Shown here piece after piece: positions 24,319 through 38,656 of a stretch of 63,704 nucleotides of DNA. The notes under the pieces were generated by a model, which searched no databases, was not told the DNA's origin, and saw only the letters and a program-made list of their open reading frames with translations. Position 1 is the first letter of the stretch. Every line of letters starts with the position of its first letter. The DNA comes from Paramecium tetraurelia (lineage: Eukaryota): assembly GCA_000165425.1 (NCBI GenBank), contig CT868019.1, positions 186,001 through 249,704 on the forward strand, in the 5' to 3' direction. The translations under genes and the position numbers were made by a program.

Positions 24319-27300
24319 TCAACTATCCTAATCTCCTTCTTGTATTTAATTCCTTATATAATCCTTGATTGATCTAATTCGTAAAATTATTTTTAGAGGT
24401 ATCATCAATATCATGGCTCTTGTGCTCCATATATCCTTTGCCATCTTCAATGCTAAAGGCATCCATAATAAAAAGTAAATCACAAAAAGTAATACTTCAA
24501 AAAGTATAAAAATTGCTAATCTTTATAATTTCAAATTGTCCAGTTCTTTATTTAGTCCTTAAATAAACTGATTAGTCAAGTATCTAAAAGCATCTAAATT
24601 TTAAATATTTCTTTACTTTTAAAATAGTGATGCTATATCTCCCGATTTTCTTTGGCATGCAAGAAATTGTTAAGATTCAGAATGAAATTAGTGCTGTTAT
24701 CATTTTCTTTTGTTATGTTTTTAAACGTTGCAAAACCCCTGGCAAGTAATGTGAAATTAGCCTTTGAATTGTTATAGAATTGATCATATATAGTCCTTAA
24801 ATATCTTGCATTTTCAAAAAATCTTGGAACACCCACATTCAATCCTTATGAAAAACCACTATCCATTGCTAAAGCGCAAGACTATGCATCAATTGACTAA
24901 TCCTATTCTATTACTACCTGACAAGGATCCTCAATGTATAATGAATTGAATGCGTCAACGAATTTTTGTTATAACAAATCAATATTTAATGAATGAAGCT
25001 ATTACATATAAGAATTATGAGAATATAGCTCATCCTAATTTTCAACTACAGCATCGTAAGGGTCTTTTTCAAGTATCTTCATATTCCGAGAATAGAATAA
25101 GGATCTTTAGCAAATTTCTGCAAATCTATAAAATTGCTCAGTTCTTGCGGTCAAATTGTATTCACTACTAAGAGTGTGGATATTTTAGATAGATGCTCCA
25201 CTTAAAAAGTAAGTCAGGATGAAATAGCCTTGTATTAGGATTAAGATGAAAATTATGATATAAATAAAATACCTATATTCTTTATTGGCATTTTTGTATT
25301 TCTTTTTTGTTCTTTTCGATTTTAGAGTCTTTTGCAATTGTGCATTTTCTTCTTTATCTATGTTTTCATCATTCTCAGACATTAAATCGTCATCCTCTCC
25401 GATTTGGAGATTTGTAAGGAAGTTCTCACTTTTATGATACAAATATCGAATGGTTTTATCTGGAATATCTAAGAATAGACTTACTATCTCACTTTGAGAA
25501 CGAGATACAGATATGAGAGCAATTATTAATAGAAAGAGTCCAATATTAATAGTAGATATAGAAACAACCAATAACACTACAAAGATCCCAATCTTTTCCA
25601 TTGTCTTTTAAATTAAATTATCTATCAAATTATTTGATGATTCCTTCAAATACAACTATATACTATTAAGCCAATTCCTAATAACAAAATTGACATCTGA
25701 ATCCTCGAGATTTATTATGCTTAACTTCTTATCTCTTATGGCCAAAGATTTACTAAGAATCTATTAAATAGCCTAATTTAAATCATAATATTCGAATTGA
25801 CCATGTGTGTCAACTTAGATTTAGACATTTTTGTTAGAAAATTCAAAATCATAATTTGACTATGTCAAACTACTTGCTTTAGCTACAATTTCTTGATTCA
25901 ATATGTTTACATTATTAATGGAATCATTCATATTAGACCTCTAGTCCAATTCATAAATTTTAGCCTAATCATCTGTTAGGTTGAATACATTCTTATTTAA
26001 CAACTATAAGTTAAAAATTGAGCTCAAAATAATACCTAATTCGCTATTTCTTAAGTTTCCATCCTTCACCAATAAGATTGTATTAAAAATCTCATCTGTT
26101 TAGTTGATAGTAATGAAATAATCAATAAAAGAGAGTATAAGAATTATCAGGATTATTATATTGCTAATCCATTTAACCTTTACAATAACCCTAGGTGTTA
26201 CATTTGATGTAATAATACTCTCTAAGTTTTTTCTAGAACGAAAAATATTGTTTTCAACCTATTCTTGATCATTTATGGGATTTAAATCTTGTTATATTTG
26301 GAATACACTTTCTTTCTCTTCATCATCAGATATATTATTATCTTTATCATCAATTTCCTAAATTTAATTTTAGAAGAGTCGCAGAACCCTAATGTTTTCA
26401 GCATAGTTAATGACTGGTTTATCATGATCTGATAGTCTTATTGTTCTGCGTCGATTAGATTCTTAATGAGTAGTTTCATTATTAATTTGATTTGAAGACC
26501 CTAAAGAAGATTAGTCAACTTAATCCCATAGAATGCTTTGAGATAACTTTGAATTATTATCATCAACAAATTCACCCAAATACAATTTCTAATTTATTAT
26601 ATATTTAAATTAAAGATTCTATGAAACTTACTTTAATGGTAATAAGAGTTCCTTTGAATTCTAAATATACTATTCACACAATTCCAACTTAATATAAAAT
26701 CCCATAACTTCATTTGTGGTAATATTAACTATCTCTCTCATAGTGCAAGTGAAGTCTTGTTGTTTTTCAATGGTATTTTGATTAGATAATGAAAATTAAT
26801 TAAGAAAATTTTCTTGGTCATACTTGATTTTTCCTCCAAATTTTGTCATATAGGTTGTTAGATTTTCAATGAATTCAGGGAATAATAGATCAAATCTGAT
26901 TTTCTTATTAATTACATGTTTGTTTTCTATTCCTAATAACTGAATTGCAGTTGCTGAGATGGAGTCAATAATGTATTCTTGATCTACTATTATGTAACAG
27001 CTGGGCTTGAAAGCCTTGACAGTAATAAATTAAGCTGCCAAATTCACATTTTCATCAATTGTATGTAATATTCTCAAGACAATGTAACAAGGCAAAATAT
27101 AATTTTGTTTATCTTTTAGAAATATAAATCTATCTTTATTAATATTCTTTATATCACTCGTAAGGAGAAATCTTTCAATATATTAATCATGAAACTTCTA
27201 AAACAAGTTGGGCATAAATAAATTAATTTTCCTATTGATAATTTCCTATTTAGTATACCCTATAAGGTGACAACAGGATTAATTAAGAGTAATAACCAAG

Positions 27301-29250
27301 GCAAATTTTTCCATCGATGTTGATACTATTACTGTTGCCTATTATTCAAATCCTATTTCATCACCTGCAATAAACTAAATGATTTGCTTCTTTCTTTATT
27401 GAACTTATTATTAGTATAGTTCTGACTTTTTTAATAGTTGCTCTCCATAATCTTCATCTTATAAGACATCATTTATAAATTATCCATACAATCTCATCGC
27501 TTTAGATATATTAGAAGAAGCCTTCTATATTTTAACCCATAATTAATCTATCAAATTAAATAATTTGTTGATCTTCTGACCAATTTAGTATACTTTAGCA
27601 AGATCTGGGAAGTCTTCTTGTAAAATTGACCAAAATTCCATTTGTGATAATGTTGTTTATTCTATATACTACACTAGTTATCTATAATTGTTTTGAAACG
27701 ATATTTCTGAAGCAACGTCAACCTTCCCAAAGTTTTCATTCTAAAAGGAATCTAATTATTCTTATATAATAAACTTCTTTCTTAGGATTATAAACTCTTC
27801 ATCAAAAGATGGACTTATCTACTCAGCCTAAGTAAGTTCATTAAATGCCTGTTACAATTATCTCATATAATCAGACAATAGGAAAGAGTACCTAACCCTT
27901 AATGTCACTGATTCTGGGAATCGTTTAATTTGATTATAATAAATTTAACCTAAGACAAATATTAAATCCGTTTCTCTCTCTGTGAGTGTTGAATCCCTTA
28001 ATAAGGAATTAGACAATCTGATGTTTGGCTAATTCTTAATTTTAAGGTAACAGTCTTCTCTAACACAAGTAACTCTGTGAATTTCCAAATAACCGTCTAC
28101 TATAATTTAGGCATCGCTGTCTGTCTTAATAAAATGCAGTAATTTTAGGAGATAATTTGTTTGATTGATTATATCTTAAACATCGCTTACCTTCGAGTGA
28201 TTGATCAGTAATAAATCAAAATTCAGCTTCTCCATTCTGAATACAATTAATATCAGCAAGGGCAATCCTGTGATAAAGGCATAGATGATGCCATTAAATA
28301 TTACCTTCTCCAAAAACATTGAGCAACAAAGTAGTAAGGTTCCCCAAACGTTTAGGGTTACTGTAATAGACCAAAACTTCTATATAATCTTTTGATTATA
28401 GGGTAATTCAGTGTGAAATTTCTAAAAAATTATGAAACTCCCACCGATAAGTAAGATGAACAAAAAGTATTGGTTATTGTTCCGATCAACTAATTTTTGA
28501 AAAGAAGTTTGGATTAGTTGATATGTAAATAGCACGATTAATGGTCTTCCACTAGTCTTTGAGTTTGGATTTGTGGGAATGTACCTCGATTCGTAATAAA
28601 TCATTGCAAAACAGATGCAATAACAATAGAATAAAATAGAGAATACAATTGCTACTATACCATGGAGAATATGTGTATCAACCCAGCAATTTTATTCTGA
28701 AAATTAATTGTGAACATAAACTCCATTTTCATCAAAGCCGCAATCGATTATCGATATAAATACATCAATAATTGGCAAATAAAGGATTGATAAGAATAAA
28801 TTGATCAATATCTTTAAACCTTTTTTTATCCAATTATTTTCTTGTTTCCTTTTATTTAGCCTTAGTCCTACAAAAAAGCTTAACATCGTTGATAAAGTAA
28901 ACATTCCTATACAAAGGTAGAGTAATATAATAAGTGAAGAGTACGAATTTGTGTAGGGGGAGAGGAGGAAACACCTAAAATTACTAATTAAATTTATACG
29001 AGAGAAAATAGCTGATCGCATCAGATATAGGCTGATTTTTCCAAATATTCTAAATCTTTGAATTGAACATTAAATACGTGAGCTAAAAATATTAGATAAT
29101 AATCCCGAGACAGTTGATGGTTAAGGGTTATTGATCCTCATGGAGTAATTGAGAGGTCACTATGTAAATTAAATTCTTGGCCCTATCAACATACAATTGG
29201 AATCCGTTCCTGTCAGATACTCTTTTACTAAAATTCGATTGTAAATCCAT
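24319..29250 (-). CDS. Large PAS-domain multi-pass membrane protein (TmcB/TmcC-like ciliate family)
   Basis: N-terminal TM bundle, helical region (EFWSILQED.PDL), PAS segment LNQSCCHLIGYTKQEIINRKINLFMPNLFQKFHDQYIERFL, C-terminal TMs ending DIWSTRAMILMIPLKII. Confidence 0.87.
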
Positions 29251-29486
29251 TTTAATATTGAATATTTAAAATTGTCATTATTTATAATATCTGCTCTTAT
29301 TTATATTGAATATCATTTAGGTTTAAATTTAATATAGAGTTTGTTTGAAATAAATTATCGTTTTTGTGTTAATATTGATTCTTGGTAAGAACCACAATTC
29401 TAATCAATTATTTATCTAATTTTAGTCAATTATTTATAACTTAAAATTAACTCGAATAAAATTAAAATATTTTATTAATAAAATTA

Positions 29487-29825
29487 ATGCATTTCGTCTC
29501 GAACAAAAATTTACTTCCTATCTAATTTGTTATATTCTAATCCAACTCTATTTCAATCTACCCACATAACTCTTCAATTTTGCCAAGATATTCTATACCC
29601 CCTAGTTTGTCTGATTTAATTGATAATTACTTTATGTTATCTGTCTTATTTATACATAAGATTGACTCTACTGATACTATTTAATATACCATAATACCTT
29701 CATGTCACTATGAATTTAATCTCATAATTAAAAATGATCTTCATTTTATTAGAAATCAAATTAAATTGGCAAGTCAGAATATAAAATGGTTTAAAAGAAA
29801 AAGAATAAAGAGATAACTAAATTGA
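29487..29825 (+). CDS. Hypothetical protein (112 aa)
   Basis: ATG-TGA ORF in the ciliate code; no recognisable domain. Confidence 0.4.
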
Positions 29826-29880
29826 TGTCATTATATATGTAATTTGATTTGATATTTTAATATATTAACACCAATTAAAA

Positions 29881-30989
29881 TCAAATATATATGTCTAATT
29901 ATAATTACATTTCACTATCGAATAGGGCTTAATATAAGTTACAATTGTAATTAATTAGTTTACTCTATTTGCACCATTCTAATAACTGTTATGGATCTTT
30001 TTTATTCAGAACCATCAAAAGATTTTGATCTTGCTTAACTTTAAGATTTCTAATTATGAGTATGAGAGTCTTCTTTTGTAATTCCTGTTTCATTATGGGA
30101 ATTAAGTGAGTTTTACAATAGATATTGGTCAAGTGATAGAATAAGTTATTTTATGAAACTTCCTTAAAGTTTAAAATGACGGAAATAGATTTTTCTCTAT
30201 TATCATGAGTAACTAGATGATTTAAAACATTTTAATTAAATTTTTGGAAAATGTTGTTGGCAATGTGAGCTTAATGATAATTAGGCAGATTAAAGACCGA
30301 TAAAAGTTTAAAAGTACAATTAAAACTAGATCATATTTGATAAACAATTACCTTTTTTAATAAAGTTATATGATATCTGAATAATATGTTGCTTAGTTTT
30401 TGTTTGTATTCCATACATTTTATTGAAAATACATTTTAAAGCATTTTTAAATGCTAACCCTTACACAAATTTCAATAATTTCATCCTTTTGATTTTAAGG
30501 AATAAGTTGATGGTTTGCAATAAGCTCTAGGAATTATTTGATTTTATTCTTAAAATTTTTTGTTGGAGTAGACAATAAATTTGCAGCAATCTTAGCAGAT
30601 TTTATTAAAAGAGTTTCATCTTTGATGGTTTGAAACAATTTAATCATTTCATCATAATTCTAGTTTTTTATGGCATTCATTATCTTTTCCTCATTATCTT
30701 AGGATTCATTTTCTTATTCAATAATTTCTCCTTTCAAATTGGCAATAGCCATCTATAATTATACTCCAATATTTTCCAATATTTTATATTATTCATTGGT
30801 GCTATTGATTTACTTACGAAGTTGAATTTTCTTATTGTGCTACTCCATACACACATTAATGTTCTCTTCCAAGTATTTAGTCATATCATGGGAGGTTTTG
30901 TGAATTTGACTATTGATTTGACTCACAATATAAGGGAGTTGGTGCAAAGGTGTTTGTAGGATTCTTTCAGGAAAGGGATGCGAAATCAT
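29881..30989 (-). CDS. Hypothetical helical/coiled-coil protein
   Basis: Long ciliate-code frame from MISHPFPERILQTPLHQLP; N-terminal coiled coil. The span is not a multiple of 3, so at least one intron is unresolved. Confidence 0.7.
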
Positions 30990-31444
30990 ATATAAATAAA
31001 AATAAAGTATAATTTATTTTCAAATTATTGTTAATCCCTTTTGAATAAATTTAGGTTTTCTATATTGTGAATACTCTAGACTTTAAAAAGGGATAAATTT
31101 ACAGAAACTTAGGTAGATACTAATATGTAAGTAATCACAATAATTGATAACTTTATATTTATTTAAATTTATTTTGAAAGTTAGATTTCATTATTCATTT
31201 TTATCATATTGACAGTTAAGGCTTTAGCCGTATAAATGTTGGGTATCTCTTTAATAATAGTCAATAAGCATAAATTTAATATAATTCTTTGACATTTTTA
31301 TTTTGTTTTATTTATTACACATTCTACTGAGTGATTTAAAACTGTATTCTTTTCAAAAAATAGTTGATTTACATTGAAAATATTAAAGTGAGTTGTTATG
31401 TATTTATTTTTTCATTATTTATTCTATCTAAATAGTTACTACTA

Positions 31445-33518
31445 ATGTCACATAAAGAAGTTGAAAACAAACCAATACATGGTAATCCTCCAGACGAGTA
31501 ATTGGCTAACGGACCTATAGAAAACCGTTAATGCCGTGACTTGATCTGTTTCCTTTTATTTGTTGGAGCAACTGCCGCATTTGTCGTAATAATATCGATG
31601 GGATTCAATCAAGGGAAACCAGAAAGACTAAGTTATGCGTAATATCAATATTCTAATGTTAGATATGACCCTAATGGCAGAGCGTGTGGACATGATGATG
31701 GAGTGTTTAATGCTCCTTACATCTATTTGGTTGCGCCTTTGGTAGGGTATCTAAATAGATCGGTTTGCGTTTCTCAATGTCCCAATTGGCAAGAAGGAGC
31801 AAAATAACCAACTCGGTAATACAAAAATTTGAATTTTAGTTTAGAATGTGTTGTAAATAATGTTATAACAAACTGCTCAGAAAGGTATTCATACGATGGA
31901 GTGAATGATATAAGAGACTTCGATGTAAACTTCTTGCTCAATTCAGACAATTATGCTGATGAGCCATCAGTTGATAAATTATTTAACTACTCTACATTTA
32001 TTTACAATTCAACTAGTGTTTTGGATAGATTGTGTATACCAGCAGGGGATAAATATGTTGAAAAGATCTATGGAAATATGGATGATATTGCCTCTGTTTA
32101 AGTGTAATCTTAATATATATTTAAAGATTTTAATAGTGGGTGGCTGATATAAGATTGACATATAAAATTCTCTTTGCATCAGTTGGAATAGCATTTGCAA
32201 TTGGACTGTTTTACATGTTGGTCATGAGATATTGTGCAGGTACCTTGACTTGGACAGCCATTTTTTTGTATTTTGTTTGTATTGTACTTTTCATCATTTA
32301 TCTAAACGATAAAGCTAATGCTTAGTAATTAATTTGTATTTACAATTTTAATAGCAAGACTCGAGCAGCCCTCAATACAGCTTAAGGCATATCGGACACT
32401 GATAATCAAGACTTGTAGACCTATTATGGATTGAGGGGTTCCATGATTGGAATGTGTATAATAGGAGGGTTGTCCTTATTAGGATTGCTGTGTTACTTTA
32501 ATCGAATCAGAATGGCAATTGCAGTTATAAAGACAGCTGCATTATTTGTGATGGAAGTGCCTTCAGTTATGTTGGTTCCACCAATATTCTCCATTTTGGT
32601 TATGGGATATTGGGGATTGTGGATAATTTCTTTTTTTTATATCTATTCAATGGGAGACGTTAAAGGAAGCAGCGATACTCCCTTGGCTACAGTTGAATGG
32701 AATGATAACATCCGGTATTACTTGATCTACCATCTATTTTATGGATTATGGTCTAATGCTCTTCTATAGGCGTTCTCCTAATTTATTTTGGCATCCTCTG
32801 CCTGTCTTTGGTATTAGATTATACTATATTTAGGTTTTATTAACATAGTGACGGATAGTTAATTCATTTTTATGTTTTGGAGTCCTTTAAAAGGTCGATT
32901 ATTTATCACTTTGGCTCATTAATTTTCGGGGCATTATTATTGGCCATAGTTCAATTCATTCGGTTTTGGTTGGAATATATCAATTATTAAATGAAACAAT
33001 TTTAAGGTGATCCCAAACAACCCGTTAAATGCTTTATTGACTGTTTGAGATGTTATGCATCTTGTTTTGAGAGATTTGTGTCTTTTATTAATAAAAATGC
33101 CTTTATTTAGATCGCTTTAACAGGGGATAACTTTATTACTGCAGCCAAGAATGGATTTTACTTAGCTTGGAATAATGCAGGCTAATTTGCTGTAACATCA
33201 GGAATAGGAAGCGTATTTTGCACTCTATGCAAATTATTTATTGCGTTTTCCACAACTTTTCTGTGCTACATGATTATAACAACATCTGATACTTATAAAG
33301 AGAAACTCAATTCTCCTATTGTGCCTACATTATTATTCTTTGTTATTTCTTATGTAATTGGAGATCTTTTCATGTCAGTTTATGGAATGGCTATTGATGC
33401 AATTTTATAGTGTTCAATTACTGAATTAGAACTGGTTAAAGCAAAACCTGGTTTATTATAGAAAAAGAGAGCCCCTTAACCTATCTAAGACTTTTTGGAA
33501 GAACATAAAAAATCATGA
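31445..33518 (+). CDS. Choline transporter-like (CTL/SLC44) protein
   Basis: GPIENRQCRDLICFLLF, YDPNGRACG, RIRMAIAVIKTA, YHFGSLIFG, FINKNAFIQIALTGDNF, SVYGMAIDAILQC; many short introns. Confidence 0.93.
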
Positions 33519-33778
33519 TAAAATTAAATTTTATTTTTTATAATCATTATTATATATCTTAAAATGATTTTGAATTTAATATACTCTTTATATAATTTGC
33601 TATTATATAGAATTCATTAATAATCTTTAATCATATTTCTATATCATTTTGATAATTATTATTAATTGATATTATGATTCAAATTAATTAACTAAATAAT
33701 GATAATAATTATATTATTACTAAAGTATGAAATATTTCAAATAAGAAATTAAAAAAAACCTAATCTATATAATGTAAA

Positions 33779-35254
33779 TCACAATGTTAGAATATGATAA
33801 ATTAAATTCATTTGAGCTTTATTTTTTTTGGGAGAAGATGCCTATGAAAATATCAAACATTCAAATACACAAAAAATCCATTTTTTATTTTATCGTATTT
33901 ATAATGTAGAGAACTATCTGTTTTTTGATTCTCACTAATTTCAACACTGTCAAAATCAAAATAATGTTATTATTCATCATTCAAGTTTTCTTCACAAATG
34001 GATTTCTAATAGTTAGGATTGAGAGATTAGCAATAATTGATGCTAGTTTATTAAGTGAGACTTGAATTCTTACGAATATCGTCTCGCTGAATTGTATTCC
34101 TAGTAGAACCTACAGGAGGAGGAGCCAAAAGATTATTAGAACTGAATAATAAATAGAACGTACCCATTTTAGACAAGTCCTGATAGTTATTTCTCTATAG
34201 ACCTTTTCATCTCATTCGAGTTAAGTGGTATGTTGTTTCGACTTAAATTTTAATTTGTATCAGTCTTATAATGTGTTGATGATTTTATTTCAGTCCAATC
34301 AAAATTGCCATCAATCACAGTATTTGTGGAATCCGCAGCTCTTTTAAATTCCTACAATATCATTTTATAATTAGGCTCCTGCTTGAATTGCAATTTCCTT
34401 ATATAGCTATTAAATCTTAACAATGTTGTTACTCATATATTCTTTAAAGCTCCCCTGTCTAATCCTTAAATAAACTGCTTTCAAGGGCTAACTTCATATC
34501 CCCAACTTTCTTTGTCCTTTCATCATCAGTAACATTAATCATATTCTACCATGGTAGCTGTCTTTATTAATACATAAAGTAATACCCACGTAAGAAGTAT
34601 AACAGTATGTACATTAAGGACTCAAGGTCATCTTTTCTACCCAACTCATGTCCTAAATGAGCAGCAATAGAAGCATATCTTGTGGTTCCTAAAAAGGATT
34701 TCTATTCCTTAAAAGATCTATATATTTAGTTCTCTATCTTACATATGTTTCCCATTTGAATCTCTATATATTTTGCTTATGCCAAAGTCAATTAAGTACA
34801 ATTTAGCTAAGTCTCTTCCTATTCCAAGGATCATATTCTCTGGTTTGAGATCTCTGTGAATCACTCCTTTTTAATGAGATCTCTCTAGTATCTGCACAGC
34901 TTGAATCCCAAGGGTCAATACTGTTTTTAGTGAAAATTTCTTTAATTGTTTAAAATGATAAGCTAAGTCCTTACCCAACAATTAAATTACCAAAATATTA
35001 TAACCTTAATCTTCACCAGACCAAAGATATTTAGGAAACCCCTCTGCTCCATCCAATTTTTTTAGAATCTGCACTTCTCTCTCAAGTGAACGTACTTCCT
35101 CATTTTCCTCCTTCTCAACTTTAATTGCCACTTCATATTTTGACAACAAGTCTATTCCCAAAAAGACCACTCCGAATGAACCTGATGAAAGCTTTTTAAC
35201 TATCTAATATTGATTATTGAAAATCTTTTAGCTTTGAGATGTCTTCTAATGCAT
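33779..35254 (-). CDS. Casein kinase 1 family kinase
   Basis: [67 protein letters not shown]. The 3' end may instead be TGA at 33853 if the last intron is not used. Confidence 0.93.
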
Positions 35255-36066
35255 ACTTAATTTTCTTTAAATAAAACAATTATTATTTATTTTTATCTAT
35301 GTCAATACTCATACGTTTAAAGCATAATAACAGCTATTAGTCAATTTGCTAGTTGGCTTTGAGGATATATAAAATTCAATTGATTTCATGAAAAATTACA
35401 TTTTGTAAATAAACTCATAATGCAGTTTTTATGTTTATATGTTTTTATCAGACTAATTTAATAGAATGTAAATATTAATAAATTATTATAATTTTATTAA
35501 ACTTAAGAATATTAACGAAATTCAATTAATAAGTTGAAAATTCATTTAAGTTCATAGAGTTTCTATGTCAAAATTTAAGACCACTAAATTTATTAAATTA
35601 TTTTTTTAAATCTCATTTACATTTTTATTTTCAGATTATAGAAACACATATAAAGATGATGGATTATAATTTGTATTAAAATAAATATAGGATAGCTATT
35701 AAGTTATTCAGAGAAATATAATAGGTAGAAATGATTTTTGTATTTAGTTTCTATTATGATTTGCCAATTATTTAGATATTAAATTAATAGTTTATTTTAT
35801 GTACTATTGTTTACTATGAATCTTATTATAAAAAGTGGTGTTTTATCATTTATTTAATTAAAAATTCTCCAAATCATATAATGATAATATTGAGAACTTT
35901 AAAACTACATTTGTGTAATAGATATTCAATTCCATTTATATTTTTATATGAATTAATACAAGATGATTCAAAATATCTCCAAATATTAATCAATCTATAA
36001 TAGTAATTAAATAAATAGCAAAGTTATTAACTATATATTTTCAAAATAATTTTATTAATATTGATT

Positions 36067-37472
36067 ATGAATAATTACAGACACATTGATGGAGATAGTG
36101 GATTGATGACTTCATAATTTCATCTTGGAGATTCACCTAAGGCCATTATCGATTATAGCCAAAGCGAAAGAATTGAAACTCTAGTTTAGAAAGGCATCAC
36201 GAAATCAGAAATTAAAAAAAGTAGAACAGGTGAATCTTAGAGTCTGATAGAACATTCTAATATGCAATTAAATGGCCATTTGTTACCTCAAATAACTTTG
36301 ACTTGCCAATCCCCAGCAGTTTTTGATTAAATAGCACTTGAACTTAAATAATAGTAATTGAAATTTACTAATTTTATCAAGTAACTACACTTGTATCATG
36401 AGAGAAGCGAATCAAATGATGTTTCTTCAAACTAAGTGTGATTCATTTTGCCAAAAGATTATAAAAAACGTGTGTGCCCAAACCTACATAGCAAGTTAGA
36501 GCAACAATAGCCTTGTTTTAGTAAAGTATTCTAAATAGAAACTGAAAATAGATGCTTTATCAGGGGTATGCTCAATCATTAAATTAGAATTATAAATAAA
36601 ATGAAGATGTATTGTTGTCTGTTTGCACTGTGGTAAAACGGTATAATCAAATACATAAGGATTTTGAACCTGTAGATGATATGAGTCATATCAATCCTTT
36701 TGCCATCACAGCTATTTCGATGAACCGTATATATGTTTACTTGGATGACAATCAAGAGTTTAAATCAAAGTTGGATTCCCTTTTGTAGAACATTAATTCA
36801 ATAGCCAAACCAAAAAAATAATAATTGTAGAAATACTTGCAAGAAAGTTCGTAATTGGTTCTTGATACATTTTAGTAGTTTAAACAAAAAACGCTGAAAT
36901 ATGATTAGCAATATTATTTAATGGCAATAGAGAAAGTGGTGTTTGAATCAGTTTATGATAAGCTATTTCCCTTTTATATTGATTTCAATGAAAAGAATGA
37001 GAATCAATTTAACATCAAAAAGTATTGATAAATGAAATTAGAGATAACAAATAATTGCCAAGTTCAGTGAACATGACACAATGGAATTCTTGGAAATAAA
37101 AAATAAATATCGATTAAATCAATAATATTGGAATGGAATAGCTGAATTAAACAAGGTGGACAGATCTACAAATCCTAGGGATAAGCTTAGATCAATCTAA
37201 CAAATGTTGTGTCTAATAAAATGTATATACAAATAAATTTAATATGGTTAGCAATCATATACGAAAACAGCAATTGTGAATTATCAACAATGGACGATGA
37301 GCTACCAGTCATGATCTACATAATCTTATATAGTGAGTTTTAGAATAAATTCGCATCGATTCATTATGTGGATGACTTCTGTAATACTGATCCCACAATA
37401 GAAACTGAGAAAAGAACAGTAACTACTCTCAGAGTGTCTTTGGAGTATATTGCTAATGAATGGAATGTTTGA
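36067..37472 (+). CDS. VPS9-domain protein (Rab5-family GEF)
   Basis: ELNKVDRSTNPRDKL...STMDDELPVMIYIIL...VTTLRVSLEYI. Confidence 0.85.
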
Positions 37473-37502
37473 TAATTATATCATTAATTTTATAAAATTA
37501 TA

Positions 37503-38502
37503 ATGTCTGAAAAAAAAATAAGAAAGAAGTACCATGACAAAATAGACTTCAAATTGGATCTGCCTGATACAAACAATAAAAAGGAGAAAGCAAGATAAAG
37601 TGCTAAAAACACCAGATAGAGAAAGAAGGCATACATTGAAAGTCTAGAGTAAAAGGTTTAAAAATAAATAAAAGTGTGAGGTGGCTTAATTGACAGCTCA
37701 ATTGAATTAAAATAAGAAAGTAGAATCCAAGCCCAGTCTAATGTAACTGATGGAGCAGTTTTTGATAGATAGAAAATAATAATTCGATATGTTGGAAAAA
37801 GCATATTAAGAAGAAAACGAAGCTAGTATAAAAGTTATTACCAATTCATTAAGATTTAAATATGGTATAGCTGGTCAAGGTCGTTTGATGGCCATAAATA
37901 AAGTATTTGAATTGCTTATAGATTTATTATTGCCTATGCATATGAGATACCTCTTTTGGGTGGCTTCTGAAGGTGATATACATTTTAAATATTGTAGATG
38001 TCGATATTTTCAAGAGAGAGAGACAGTCAGGTGAATTTTATTCGTTTGATATGAGTGATAGCTAAATAAATTGCTTAAATTCATTTGGATTGGATGACGA
38101 TCAAATTCTAAAAATATAAAATATGCAATAGACAATATAAGAATAGAGATCACATTACGACAACTTAATAATTGAGATATATAAAATACAACAATCAATA
38201 ATCAAAGAAAGTGAAAAGTGTCAAACCATAGTGGATGAAATATGGGATGTTTTGGAACCGAAATAGGCGGCAGGGTTACTAATTACATTAGATAAGGCAA
38301 GTTTATTTTATAAAATTAGAGTCGAATAGAATAATTCAGAGAGAAGAAAGTGTATCCTGATTGTGTGATTTTAACGCTTTAAAAGAGGGCGAAAGAGGAG
38401 ATCTAAAGATAATAACAATACTCTTATTTTGACATGAAAAAAGAATAAAAACAGGAGGAACTTGGATTGAATAATTATTTTTAAGCAGATTTTAATAATT
38501 GA
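37503..38502 (+). CDS. bZIP transcription factor with C-terminal helical (DOG1-like) region
   Basis: KARQSAKNTRQRKKAYIESLEQKVAQL; VLEPKQAAGLL; introns 37656-37680, 37973-37997 and 38297-38319 give 309 codons. Confidence 0.85.
38297..38319 (+). other. Probable non-canonical GC-AG intron (23 nt)
   Basis: AAG|gcaagtttattttataaaattag|AGT; its removal restores the frame to TGA 38500-38502. Confidence 0.65.
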
Positions 38503-38656
38503 TTTATTATTATTATAAATTGATTTATTTATTTAATTGAAATGTTGATTATACAATCATTTGATTTGTATCTAATTAAGACTATTGCAGTCTTAAATAT
38601 TTGGTATTGCACTTATTGAAGGAATCTACTTTTATGAAGGTTAGATGGAAGTCTTA

